A DNA stretch of 64,000 nucleotides, from assembly GCA_964367355.1 (NCBI GenBank), contig CAYIWY010000008.1, positions 15,172 through 79,171 of the forward strand, in the 5' to 3' direction. Position numbers and translations under genes: made by a program. Shown here in pieces: positions 19,989 through 28,674 of the stretch (its first letter is position 1; the number at the start of each line of letters is the position of its first letter). This DNA comes from an uncultured Gammaproteobacteria bacterium. GTDB lineage: Bacteria; Patescibacteriota; Microgenomatia; Woykebacterales; RBG-16-39-9b. The notes beneath the pieces are model-generated. The model had not been told where the DNA came from, did no database searches, and saw only the letters and a list, made by a program, of their open reading frames with translations.

Positions 19989-20858
19989 ATGGATGAAGTA
20001 CGACAACACGATCCGCAAACACTAGAACATCTGGCCAAAATCGCTGAAGGTATCCGCGAGGATATAATTAATGCTTTGGTTGAAGCTAAAAGTGGCCATA
20101 GTGCCGGGCCTTTGGGAATGGCTGATGTTTTCACGGCGCTCTACTTTAGCGTTTTAAATATTGATCCGCAGAACCCGACCTGGCGTGACCGTGACCGAGT
20201 CGTCCTTTCCAACGGTCATATTGCTCCAGTTTTGTACGTCACTTTGGCACACGCTGGTTTTTTCCCCAAAGAAGAGCTTTTGACTTTAAGAAAAATCAAC
20301 TCTCGTCTCCAAGGCCACCCCCACTATGGTAGTTTGCCGGGAATCGAAAATACCGGCGGACCGTTGGCTCAAGGAATTTCCCAGGCAATCGGGATGGCTC
20401 TCGCTGCCAAAATGAACGGTGAAAAACATCATGTTTATTGTCTAATGGGTGACGGTGAGCAAGATGAGGGTCAAGTTTGGGAAGCTATTATGTTTGCCGG
20501 GAAAAATAAAATCGCGAATCTTACTGCGATTGTTGATCGCAACAATATTCAAATCGATGGTATAACCGAAAATATTATGCCGCTAGAACCACTGAAAGAT
20601 AAATACGAAGCTTTCAACTGGCACGTTATTGAAGTTGACGGCCACAACTTTGAAGAAATTATCAATGCCTGTAATTTAGCTAAAACAATAACTGAAAAAC
20701 CAGTCATGATCATCGCCCACACGATTCCAGGCAAAGGCGTCGATTTTATGGAATATGATTATAAGTGGCACGGCAAACCACCCACACCTGAAGAAGGTAA
20801 AAAAGCCTTACATGAACTGCGAACTCTCAAAGGAAGGATTACCGGAGAACATGAGTGA
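19989..20858 (+). CDS. transketolase, N-terminal (TPP-binding) subunit
   Basis: GHSAGPLG, GDGEQDEGQVWEA, ends GRITGEHE*. Split-tkt architecture. Confidence 0.85.
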   Translation: MDEVRQHDPQTLEHLAKIAEGIREDIINALVEAKSGHSAGPLGMADVFTALYFSVLNIDPQNPTWRDRDRVVLSNGHIAPVLYVTLAHAGFFPKEELLTLRKINSRLQGHPHYGSLPGIENTGGPLAQGISQAIGMALAAKMNGEKHHVYCLMGDGEQDEGQVWEAIMFAGKNKIANLTAIVDRNNIQIDGITENIMPLEPLKDKYEAFNWHVIEVDGHNFEEIINACNLAKTITEKPVMIIAHTIPGKGVDFMEYDYKWHGKPPTPEEGKKALHELRTLKGRITGEHE

Positions 20859-21549
20859 GGAAAATCCCATGACGGGTAATAAATCTGGCATAATCTTGGC
20901 AATTCTGGGAGTGGTCATCTCTTTCCAAGTCCCTTATCACCTATTCATTACTGGTCCTTTTAAATCGCTTGCCGGAACTATTAATAATTTAACTGACTTG
21001 AAAAACATTTATTTAGACGAAGCTAAAGCTAATGCCACGATAGGTTTATTTGAGCTTCTTATATGGATAATTCTGCCAACGCTTCTAATCTGGATAATAT
21101 TAATTTCATGGCGAAAAAGAAAATTTATTCAAATGAGTTTTATAGCTCTGAGTTTCGGGGTTTTGTTTTTCGCTGTAAATTGGGGACATAATCAGTTAGA
21201 TTTAAAACAGTATGAGAAATCTTCTAGATTTCAAAGAGCGGAAAGGTTGTTTATGGACGGTCAATATCCTAGCGTTATGGGGTATAAATTTAAAGATACC
21301 GACGAGACCTCTGAGAAGGTAAGCTCTTTAACCTTTGAAACAACTGAATATATAGAAACGATTTCGTCTTTCTATTTGACCAAGGGTTTTGTAGTTGATT
21401 ATGTTTCTGAAGATGGAAAGAATAAAACGTTAAGAAAAGAAGAAGGTTACAACCATGGAAATGATAAGTATGCTTATATGAGTATATCTAATCAGGTTAG
21501 CGGCAAGAACAAGGTTCACATTTCCAAAGTAGAGTTTGAGTTCCATTAA
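20851..21549 (+). CDS. hypothetical 3-TM membrane protein (cassette 1 inserted between the tkt halves)
   Basis: ATGAGT start overlaps the tktN stop. The C-terminal domain YK.KD....S..F.T......FY..KGF resembles that of cassette 3. Confidence 0.55.
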   Translation: MSEENPMTGNKSGIILAILGVVISFQVPYHLFITGPFKSLAGTINNLTDLKNIYLDEAKANATIGLFELLIWIILPTLLIWIILISWRKRKFIQMSFIALSFGVLFFAVNWGHNQLDLKQYEKSSRFQRAERLFMDGQYPSVMGYKFKDTDETSEKVSSLTFETTEYIETISSFYLTKGFVVDYVSEDGKNKTLRKEEGYNHGNDKYAYMSISNQVSGKNKVHISKVEFEFH

Positions 21550-21557
21550 GGGTCTAA

Positions 21558-21692
21558 ATGATAAACCCAAGAATTTTTGAAAAAGACCTGCCTGACGGCA
21601 AGGCAGGTGTGCAGCAAGCTGAAGTTAAATTGAAGCTAGCTGTGCAAGGTCGGGCCTTGCACAGAGGAAGGATCACTGGGGAACATGAATAG
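21558..21692 (+). repeat. junction repeat R1: 44-codon mini-ORF re-creating the tktC 5' end and tktN 3' end, with two internal hairpins
   Basis: Reads MINPRIFEKDLPDGKAGVQQAEVKLKLAVQGRALHRGRITGEHE*. A 24-bp stretch is identical to the tktC start. Inverted repeats CCTGCC/GGCAGG (21587-21607) and GTGCAAGG/CCTTGCAC (21642-21662). Confidence 0.7.
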
Positions 21693-22350
21693 TAACGAAG
21701 ATGGAACTAAAGCCTTGGGGAATAACGAAGTTAATAACGAACCACAGGGAGGATCTAAGTTTCAAATAAGGCATGGTAGAGCACTACTTCTAAGCGGTTT
21801 AATTTTATTAGTAGTCTTGGGGGGTTTGGAGTTACTGATTAGTCAAGGTAAACTCTTTAAAGAAGCAGAAAAAACCAAACCGACAACGGAGAAATCTAAA
21901 TATAATACGAGTCTTGAGGAAAACAATGATACAAAAATATCGACCGATTCAACCTCAGTGAACGCTACAGTTACCGAGTCAGTTAAAACAAATACAGCTC
22001 AGAACAGTCAAACAAAGGAACTTGGAATAGTTGAACAGACTCTTGTAATCAGAGATCCAGTGGAAATTCAAGCCACCTTTAATATTGCCTGGGGAGACGA
22101 GTCAGGTAAAAATGTTGAAATAATATTGATACACCCAGATGGAAGGCAAATAGAAATTGCTCCGGTTGATATCCAAACTTCCATCGATTATGAACTTGAA
22201 AAGAAGTCTTTCCAAGACAAATCTGAACAAAGTAGTGTTTTTAAATTATTTCCCAGCGACCCATTGGTGGCACCTCTGCCCGGTGAATGGACGATGCGTG
22301 TGACAGCTCCGGTGGGAACACATTTAGTGTTTGGGGTCCTTCAACTTTAG
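21685..22350 (+). CDS. hypothetical single-TM secreted/anchored protein (cassette 2)
   Basis: The ATG lies inside the GAACATGAATAG stop context of R1. One TM then a T/S/N-rich ectodomain. Confidence 0.55.
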   Translation: MNSNEDGTKALGNNEVNNEPQGGSKFQIRHGRALLLSGLILLVVLGGLELLISQGKLFKEAEKTKPTTEKSKYNTSLEENNDTKISTDSTSVNATVTESVKTNTAQNSQTKELGIVEQTLVIRDPVEIQATFNIAWGDESGKNVEIILIHPDGRQIEIAPVDIQTSIDYELEKKSFQDKSEQSSVFKLFPSDPLVAPLPGEWTMRVTAPVGTHLVFGVLQL

Positions 22351-22374
22351 TTAAAAAAGTAGCGATAATTAGTT

Positions 22375-22494
22375 ATGAATTTAAACCCAAAACTTTTTGA
22401 TAAAGACCTGACTGACGGCAAGGCAGGTGTTCAGCAAATTGAAGCTAGACGTGCAAGGACGGGCCTTGCAAAAAGGAAGGATAACTGGAACATG
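22375..22494 (+). repeat. junction repeat R2 (degenerate copy of R1, now fused in frame to the downstream ORF)
   Basis: Reads MNLNPKLFDKDLTDGKAGVQQIEARRARTGLAKRKDNWNMSE. Same hairpins (CCTGAC..GGCAGG, TGCAAGG..CCTTGCA). A 2-nt deletion in GGGGAACATG gives GGAACATG. Confidence 0.65.
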
Positions 22495-23250
22495 AGTGAG
22501 CAAAGCACAGATCAAATGGAAAAACCCAAAAAAAGCTTTTTACAAATTTTACTTCTTATAATTAGGGGTTTGCTAATACTAATTTTGCTGGGTTCGGCTG
22601 GTTATGTGGTTTTTATACATAACTGGTTTAACTTTAATGGTGCTAGAGCTACCCCAGAAGGAACCATAGGAAGTGACGTGATGAAAGGAATCTTTATAGC
22701 AGAAAACAGTAATCAGATACCTGAGTTAGCCGAGAAAAGTATTAGAAGTTCTCAATGGATGAATCCTATGGAATTATCTATTTGGGTATTTTTCCCATGG
22801 GTCTTGTTAGTATTTGCATTCTTTTTCTGGAGAGGTAGAGCAATAAAAAAGCTAAACGCGCTCCTTATATTAGCGCTTTTATTAGTAATATTTTCATTAG
22901 CCCAAACTACCAACATAATCGGTACCAATAAGAATATTGAAAAAGAATTACCCACTTGGAAAAAAGCTGCACAACTGATAGAACATCCTTCGGCAGATAG
23001 ATATAAAGTAACTGATGAAAGATCCATACAAGGAAGATTTACCAGTATTTCCTTTACGACTTTAGTTCCTAAAGCTGATTTAAACGCTTACTATGAAAAC
23101 AAAGGTTTTTCTAACGTAGAATTATATAGTGGCCGTGGACTCTGCAAAGAAGATAACATAATTTCATTTGGACAGGAGAGTTTGGAGATAAGGGTAGGTT
23201 TGAGCGTAAGTTTTGATTACTTAAGGAAAGATATTACACATGAATGTTGA
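22492..23250 (+). CDS. hypothetical 3-TM membrane protein (cassette 3, paralogous to cassette 1)
   Basis: Start MSEQ parallels the MSEE start of cassette 1. The ORF is open from 22375 through R2. The C-terminal domain YKVTDERS..FTSISFTT...YYENKGF resembles cassette 1. Confidence 0.5.
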   Translation: MSEQSTDQMEKPKKSFLQILLLIIRGLLILILLGSAGYVVFIHNWFNFNGARATPEGTIGSDVMKGIFIAENSNQIPELAEKSIRSSQWMNPMELSIWVFFPWVLLVFAFFFWRGRAIKKLNALLILALLLVIFSLAQTTNIIGTNKNIEKELPTWKKAAQLIEHPSADRYKVTDERSIQGRFTSISFTTLVPKADLNAYYENKGFSNVELYSGRGLCKEDNIISFGQESLEIRVGLSVSFDYLRKDITHEC

Positions 23251-23264
23251 ATATAAAAAATTAA

Positions 23265-24242
23265 ATGAGTAATTTTAACCCAAGAATTTTTGAAAAAGAC
23301 GTTGAACAAGCTGGGACCAGGGATGGCTATGGTCAGGCGTTGCTGGAATTGGGCGATTCCAATAAAGACGTTGTGGTTTTAACTGCTGACCTTGCCGAAT
23401 CAACAAGAGTGGAAGAATTTGGCAAGAAATTTCCAGACAGATTTATCGAATGCGGTGTAGCGGAACAAAATATGATGGGGATTGCGGCTGGTTTGGCCCT
23501 TGCTGGAAAAATTCCGTTCGTTTCTAGTTACGCAGTTTTTTCACCGGGTCGAAGTTGGGATCAACTAAGAGTTAGCGTTTGTTATACACAAGCCAATGTT
23601 AAAGTTGCCGGAGCCCATACTGGAATTTCGGTTGGGCCAGATGGAGCCACGCATCAGGCACTTGAAGATATCGCCATCGTGCGTGTCTTACCTAATATAG
23701 TAGTTGAAGTTCCCTGCGATGCGATTGAGGCTAAAAAAACAACTTTGGTCGCCGCCGCCCACAAAGGCCCGTTTTATTTCCGTTTTGGTCGGGAAAAAAC
23801 ACCGATCATTACGACTGAAGAAGCACCTTTCGAAGTTGGCAAAGCCGAAATTCTGAAAGATGGCGATGACGTTACTATTGTTGCCTGTGGACCACTTGTT
23901 TACCAATCATTATTAGCTGCAAAGCAATTGGAAGTAAAGGGAATAAATGTTAGAGTTATCAATAACCACACGATTAAACCGATCGATACTTTGACTTTGG
24001 CAAAAGCGGCAAAAGAGACTGGTGCGATAGTCACTGTTGAAGAACATCAGGTGATGGCCGGAATGGGAGCCGCCGTTGCGGAAAGTTTAGCGAAAAATTA
24101 CCCAGTGCCAATGGAATTTATTGGTATGCAGGATACATTTGGTGAAAGCGGTAATACAACTGAACTTTACGAAAAATACGGCATGAGTGTCGATGCAATT
24201 TTTAAAGCCGTGGAGAATGTTTTGAAAAGAAAGAACAGATGA
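23265..24242 (+). CDS. transketolase, C-terminal (pyrimidine-binding) subunit
   Basis: MSNFNPRIFEKD..., conserved transketolase C-half motifs (GPDGATHQALEDIA). Confidence 0.85.
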   Translation: MSNFNPRIFEKDVEQAGTRDGYGQALLELGDSNKDVVVLTADLAESTRVEEFGKKFPDRFIECGVAEQNMMGIAAGLALAGKIPFVSSYAVFSPGRSWDQLRVSVCYTQANVKVAGAHTGISVGPDGATHQALEDIAIVRVLPNIVVEVPCDAIEAKKTTLVAAAHKGPFYFRFGREKTPIITTEEAPFEVGKAEILKDGDDVTIVACGPLVYQSLLAAKQLEVKGINVRVINNHTIKPIDTLTLAKAAKETGAIVTVEEHQVMAGMGAAVAESLAKNYPVPMEFIGMQDTFGESGNTTELYEKYGMSVDAIFKAVENVLKRKNR

Positions 24243-25393
24243 TCAAAAATCTTCTTGTCTATCTGGTAACTCTTTTTGGTACTGCTGTTCTTGTGATGAT
24301 TTCTATGATTGCAGTTTTCCCTAAAGCTGCTGAAAGCGGCGGTTTTTTTGTAGCGATTTTAGCCCCTGTTTATGGCTTTCTTACTTATCGCTTTGCTAAT
24401 AATTTTTTTAATAACGCAAACAAGAAAATGAACCCAAAAATTAAGTGGCTGATTTTTCTATCAATTGCTGTGGTAACAACAGTCGCAACTCCTTTCTTAG
24501 TCCCATATCTTGGTGATGAGTCTAACCATCTTTTCAGAAGTGGGTTAGGAGGTTTAGTTTTTGGAGTTTGGTTTATCTTTATTCTTCCAAGTTTCTTTCT
24601 TAATCTCTTTGTAAGCTACTATCTAAAGATTCCAGATGAACTAAGTCCTATTTTGATTACAGTATTTGTTGGATTACAGTTTTTGGTTCTTGCAGGAGCG
24701 AAAAGGTTAGTTGATAAAGTGTCTGGGAAAAAGAAGATTTTACTTGTCCTGAGTCTAATTTTACTAACTTTACTAATATTTCTGGGTTTATTAATTGAAT
24801 ATAGTGTAGATAGATCTTTGCGAAGCCAATTTGATACAACGCCAAGAAATAAACAAACAGCAACCAAATCTTCTACCACCGCAGAGTTGAAACCTGTAAA
24901 ACAACAAATCCCCGGTTGGTTAATGTACCAAAGTGAGTATCTGAGTTTTGAACACCCCTCTCGGTTAAAAAGTTGTTGTGGTATACAAACTACAGCCCTT
25001 GATTCTAAGGAAAAAGAAGTAAAGCAAATAGCAGTATTGGGGGATGTTCCTGAAACTGACCTGGGATCAGGAAGACATTTTGATGGGTTAGCTATAGATG
25101 TGGATATAAACCCACAGAAAACCTCATTTGATAAATATGTAGAGAATGAAAAAAATGCTTGGAAACAAAATTATTTAGAGTTCACACAAAGATTATCAGA
25201 GAAAACTTCAGAAAGTGAATTAATTGTGAATGGACAAAAAGGAATGATACTTAAAGGTTATACTTGGTTTGGGGCTGATATTCTCTATGTTCCTTTTCCT
25301 GATAATCAGAAAATACTTATCATAGCTAAAACGGAAAAAACCGCTGGGAGCTTTACAGAGTTTGATCAAGTTCTTAAAACATTGAGGTTTTAA
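24239..25393 (+). CDS. hypothetical polytopic membrane protein
   Basis: 384 aa with about 6 TM then a soluble C-terminal domain. No recognisable motif. Confidence 0.5.
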   Translation: MIKNLLVYLVTLFGTAVLVMISMIAVFPKAAESGGFFVAILAPVYGFLTYRFANNFFNNANKKMNPKIKWLIFLSIAVVTTVATPFLVPYLGDESNHLFRSGLGGLVFGVWFIFILPSFFLNLFVSYYLKIPDELSPILITVFVGLQFLVLAGAKRLVDKVSGKKKILLVLSLILLTLLIFLGLLIEYSVDRSLRSQFDTTPRNKQTATKSSTTAELKPVKQQIPGWLMYQSEYLSFEHPSRLKSCCGIQTTALDSKEKEVKQIAVLGDVPETDLGSGRHFDGLAIDVDINPQKTSFDKYVENEKNAWKQNYLEFTQRLSEKTSESELIVNGQKGMILKGYTWFGADILYVPFPDNQKILIIAKTEKTAGSFTEFDQVLKTLRF

Positions 25394-25493
25394 ATCTTTG
25401 TCTATTACTAAACCCATCTTACTTTGCTAGAATTAGATAACCAGATTCGAGCAATCATTGACAAACTGTAACTATTGTATATACTTTAGTTAT

Positions 25494-25769
25494 ATGCAAA
25501 CAGTAATTCATATCAAGGCAGACAAAGAAGTGAAGGAAAACGCAGCCAAGGTTGCGGCAGATCTCGGTCTTAATTTAAGTGATGTGATAAACGCTTCACT
25601 GAGAAATTTCATCAGGACCAGAGAGATTTATTTTTCCCATACTCCCCGAATGACTCCCGAACTTGAAAAGCTTCTTGACAGAGTTGAAGAGGACATTAAA
25701 AAAGGGCGTAATTTATCGCCTCAATTTAAATCAGCTGATGAAGCTATTGCCTGGTTGAGAGCTCGATGA
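25494..25769 (+). CDS. type II antitoxin, RelB/DinJ family
   Basis: MQTVIHIKADKEVKENAAKVAADLGLNLSDVINASLRNFI has a DinJ-like ribbon-helix-helix N-terminus. Promoter TTGACA-16-TATACT upstream. Stop overlaps the toxin ATG. Confidence 0.75.
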   Translation: MQTVIHIKADKEVKENAAKVAADLGLNLSDVINASLRNFIRTREIYFSHTPRMTPELEKLLDRVEEDIKKGRNLSPQFKSADEAIAWLRAR

Positions 25770-26023
25770 TAATTGTTTTTCATAGAGACTTTAAAAAACA
25801 TTACAAAAAGTTACCCAGCAAAGTAAAGGCGAAACTGGAAGAGAGGTTAAGAATTTTTAAGGATGAGGAGTTTGATCCGGTTCTAAATAATCATGCCTTA
25901 AAAGGCAAGTGGTTGGGTTATAGGAGCATAAATGTGAGCGGTGACATCAGGGCAATATTTAAACGTGAGGCTGAGAGTGCGCTTTTTGTTGCAATAGATA
26001 CCCACAGCAATTTATACAGTTAA
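25766..26023 (+). CDS. type II toxin, YafQ/RelE family mRNA interferase
   Basis: 85 aa with an ATGA overlap to the antitoxin. RelE/YafQ-like KGKW...H...F pattern. Confidence 0.7.
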   Translation: MIIVFHRDFKKHYKKLPSKVKAKLEERLRIFKDEEFDPVLNNHALKGKWLGYRSINVSGDIRAIFKREAESALFVAIDTHSNLYS

Positions 26024-26230
26024 TAATTTCCTCAAGATTTTTTGTTATAATTAGCCCATGGTTACGAAGTGAGTTTCAATACTGAGACATCTTTAAAGAG
26101 ATAGAAGTTATTAACCCTTTCAGGTAAAATATTAAATAATGACTGCCCATGATTGGTCCCGCCTGACATGCCTGACGTCAGTCTGGCGGGCAGGTAGAAA
26201 AGCTAAAAATAAATTGACTGGAGGTTGTTT

Positions 26231-27097
26231 ATGACCGTTAAAGATTGGCTTGAGAAAGCTAAGCGTGAACACTTTGCTATTCCCGCCTTGAATGCTGGGA
26301 CTTTGGAAGTTCTCAAGGCCATAGTTCAAGCCGCAGTTGAGGCGCGTTCCCCAGTTATTATCGAAACCGCTATTGGCGAAACCAAATGGATGGAAGCCGA
26401 AAACATTCTCTGCATCTGTCGCAATTTTTCGGACAAATACAAAGTTCCGATCATAATTAACCTTGATCACGCTTATACTTTTGAAGACTGCCGTCCGGGA
26501 ATTGATGCTGGTTTTGATTTAATCCATTTTGACGGTTCTAAACTTCCTTACGAAGAAAATGTGGCGACGGCGAAAAAAATTGTTCCTGAATGTCATGGCA
26601 AAGGCCAAATTGTCGAAGGGGAAATGGATCGAATTCCCGGCGAAGGTTCTGAACTTCATGCTGCAGGAAGTGTTGATCAAGCAACTATTGATAAAGGAAA
26701 GAGCCACCCCGAAACCGCAGCCAAATTTGTCACCGAGACTGGTGTGGATATTTTCGCTTCTTTTTTTGGTAATATTCACGGAATTACACAAGGGTACATA
26801 CCTCACCTTGATATTGATCTTTTAGGGCGTATTCAAGAGGCGATTCCAGATACATTTTTGTCAATGCACGGTTCTTCCGGAACACCGGATGACCAGGTTC
26901 GAGCAGCCGTTGCTGGTCCAGTGGTTAAAGTTAATGTTAACACCGAAATTCGTTTGGCTTACCGCCAAGCTTTAGAAAAATCTTTATCAGAGAAAAAAGA
27001 ACTTGCCCCTTATAAATTTTTCCCACCAGTTGTCGAAGCAGTTAAACAACAAGCACTGCGTTGGATTGGTCTTTGCGGAAGTGGGGGTAAGTTGTGA
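26231..27097 (+). CDS. fba: fructose-bisphosphate aldolase, class II (short form)
   Basis: NLDHAYTFEDC, IHFDGS, FGNIHG metal-binding and catalytic motifs. GGAGG RBS 6 nt upstream of the ATG. Confidence 0.8.
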   Translation: MTVKDWLEKAKREHFAIPALNAGTLEVLKAIVQAAVEARSPVIIETAIGETKWMEAENILCICRNFSDKYKVPIIINLDHAYTFEDCRPGIDAGFDLIHFDGSKLPYEENVATAKKIVPECHGKGQIVEGEMDRIPGEGSELHAAGSVDQATIDKGKSHPETAAKFVTETGVDIFASFFGNIHGITQGYIPHLDIDLLGRIQEAIPDTFLSMHGSSGTPDDQVRAAVAGPVVKVNVNTEIRLAYRQALEKSLSEKKELAPYKFFPPVVEAVKQQALRWIGLCGSGGKL

Positions 27098-27570
27098 AGG
27101 TAACTAAAGAAATTACATTGTTGCGCAATTTTTACTTAGGGGTATTTTTTGTTGGTGTTTTGCTAATTATCCTTATGCATACTTTTAACAGACCCGCGCT
27201 TGAAGTGTTTAGAATTCCAACATTTATTGGTATAACCTCAGAGTTTAATGGATTGGATTACTTTCCAACATTTAAAATTTACCAAATTAGTTTGGTAACA
27301 GCATTATTTTCTGTGTTGGTGGATGCACTATGTCTGACCAATTATCGTTCAAAATTCTTATTGAAGATTTCGGAAATTAGTACCGTTGTTGGTTTAGCAG
27401 TACTTTTGCTAGCCTTATTTTTCTTTTCTTACAATTTCTTGATTATTGACCAAACCTTGCGTGCTACCGCATTATTGTATATAGCTTTCTCAATATGTTT
27501 AGTTGTCGTGGATTGTTTAAATATAAAGGTTGATGAAAGACTACTCTCAAAAGGAACAAAACATGTATGA
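27094..27570 (+). CDS. hypothetical membrane protein
   Basis: 158 aa with 4 predicted TM. Confidence 0.45.
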   Translation: MKVTKEITLLRNFYLGVFFVGVLLIILMHTFNRPALEVFRIPTFIGITSEFNGLDYFPTFKIYQISLVTALFSVLVDALCLTNYRSKFLLKISEISTVVGLAVLLLALFFFSYNFLIIDQTLRATALLYIAFSICLVVVDCLNIKVDERLLSKGTKHV

Positions 27571-28549
27571 CCTAATTAGTGTTGGTGACTCGATGATGGA
27601 CACTTTTATAAAAATAAATGATGCTCATGTTATGTGTACTGTTAATAAAGAAAGTTGTGAGCTTTGTGTCAAATATGGTGATAAGATACCAGTCGAATCA
27701 GTTCAACACATGGTTGCCGGAAACGCCGCCAACAATGCAGTTGGTTCGTCTCGTTTGGGTTTAAAAACAGCCATTTATGTTAATGTTGGTTCCGATGATT
27801 CCGGGTTTCGAATTAAGAAAAAGTTAGTCGAAGAAGAAGTTGAACCCGTTTATATAAAAGTTAACGAAGGAATGGAATCAAATTATTCTGCAGTCCTTAA
27901 TTTCCAAGGTGAGCGGACAATCTTCGTTTATCATCAACAATGGGATTACGAGTTGCCAAAAATGGAGAGTGCAAAATGGGTTTACTATACCAGCGCGTCA
28001 CCTAGTTTCACAAAAGGAAATCTTTCTGCCGATCTGGTTAACTATATTAAAACGTCCGGTGCTAAAATGGGCTATAACCCCGGAACTTATCAAATGAAAG
28101 CCGGAGTCAAAAATTTCCCGGAAATACTGGCAGCAACCGAGGTTTTCTTTGTTAATGTCGAAGAAGCAAAAAGAATTTTGGAAATTTCCGAAGAAACTCA
28201 AATTGGGATTAAGGAACTGTTGAAAAAAACCCGTGACGACTTGGGACTGCGAACAGTTGTGATAACAGACGGCAACGACGGCTCCTACAGTTTTGACGGC
28301 ACTGACGTCTGGAAACTTCCAGAATTTCCAGGTGAGAGAGTTGAGGCGACCGGCGCTGGAGATGCTTTTGCAACAGCTACTTGCGCGGCGTTTTTTCATG
28401 GAAAAACTTTACCGGAAGCAATGGTTTGGGGTAGTATCAATGGAGCCAGTGTTGTTCATGAGATTGGTCCTCAAGCCGGGCTATTAACACTGGAAGAAAT
28501 TGAAAAGAGAAGGAACAGCCGACCTGATTTTCAGCCGACAAAAATTTAA
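27563..28549 (+). CDS. PfkB-family carbohydrate/nucleoside kinase (ribokinase-like)
   Basis: GDSMMD N-terminal motif and GAGDAF anion-hole motif. Start set at MYDLISVGD after an AAGGA RBS. Confidence 0.7.
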   Translation: MYDLISVGDSMMDTFIKINDAHVMCTVNKESCELCVKYGDKIPVESVQHMVAGNAANNAVGSSRLGLKTAIYVNVGSDDSGFRIKKKLVEEEVEPVYIKVNEGMESNYSAVLNFQGERTIFVYHQQWDYELPKMESAKWVYYTSASPSFTKGNLSADLVNYIKTSGAKMGYNPGTYQMKAGVKNFPEILAATEVFFVNVEEAKRILEISEETQIGIKELLKKTRDDLGLRTVVITDGNDGSYSFDGTDVWKLPEFPGERVEATGAGDAFATATCAAFFHGKTLPEAMVWGSINGASVVHEIGPQAGLLTLEEIEKRRNSRPDFQPTKI

Positions 28550-28561
28550 AGGAGGTTTCTT

Positions 28562-28672
28562 ATGGTTCAAGTAAAAATTTATTCAACTCAGACGTGTCCT
28601 TTTTGCAACATAACTCGTTCCTTGCAGTCGCGTGATATTTTACAAAAGTTAAGTTTATTAACAGGAGGTTAA
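28562..28672 (+). CDS. 36-codon leader ORF duplicating the N-terminus of the downstream glutaredoxin-like gene
   Basis: MVQVKIYSTQTCPFC is identical at the amino-acid level to the downstream gene while 8 of 15 codons differ synonymously. Own AGGAGG RBS. Its last codons (ACA GGA GGT TAA) form the RBS of the downstream gene. Confidence 0.4.
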   Translation: MVQVKIYSTQTCPFCNITRSLQSRDILQKLSLLTGG

Positions 28673-28674
28673 CA

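Noticed and set aside
22375-22494. Treating the R2 segment as a genuine N-terminal extension of cassette 3
   Set aside because: The segment is a degenerate copy of junction repeat R1 with a 2-nt deletion that fortuitously restores frame. The conserved cassette start (MSE...) is at 22492. Translation through R2 cannot be excluded, so the alternative start is noted in the feature entry.
20851-23264. Formal integron call (attI/attC cassette array) for the genes between the transketolase halves
   Set aside because: No IntI-type tyrosine recombinase in the window. The last cassette lacks a 3' hairpin unit. The repeats copy host coding ends rather than a GTTRRRY core. Kept as an integron-like or other targeted-insertion hypothesis, not annotated as an integron.
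26132-26470. 112-aa minus-strand ORF overlapping the fba start
   Set aside because: Overlaps the fba 5' end and the palindromic hairpin. No RBS or domain signal. Shadow ORF.
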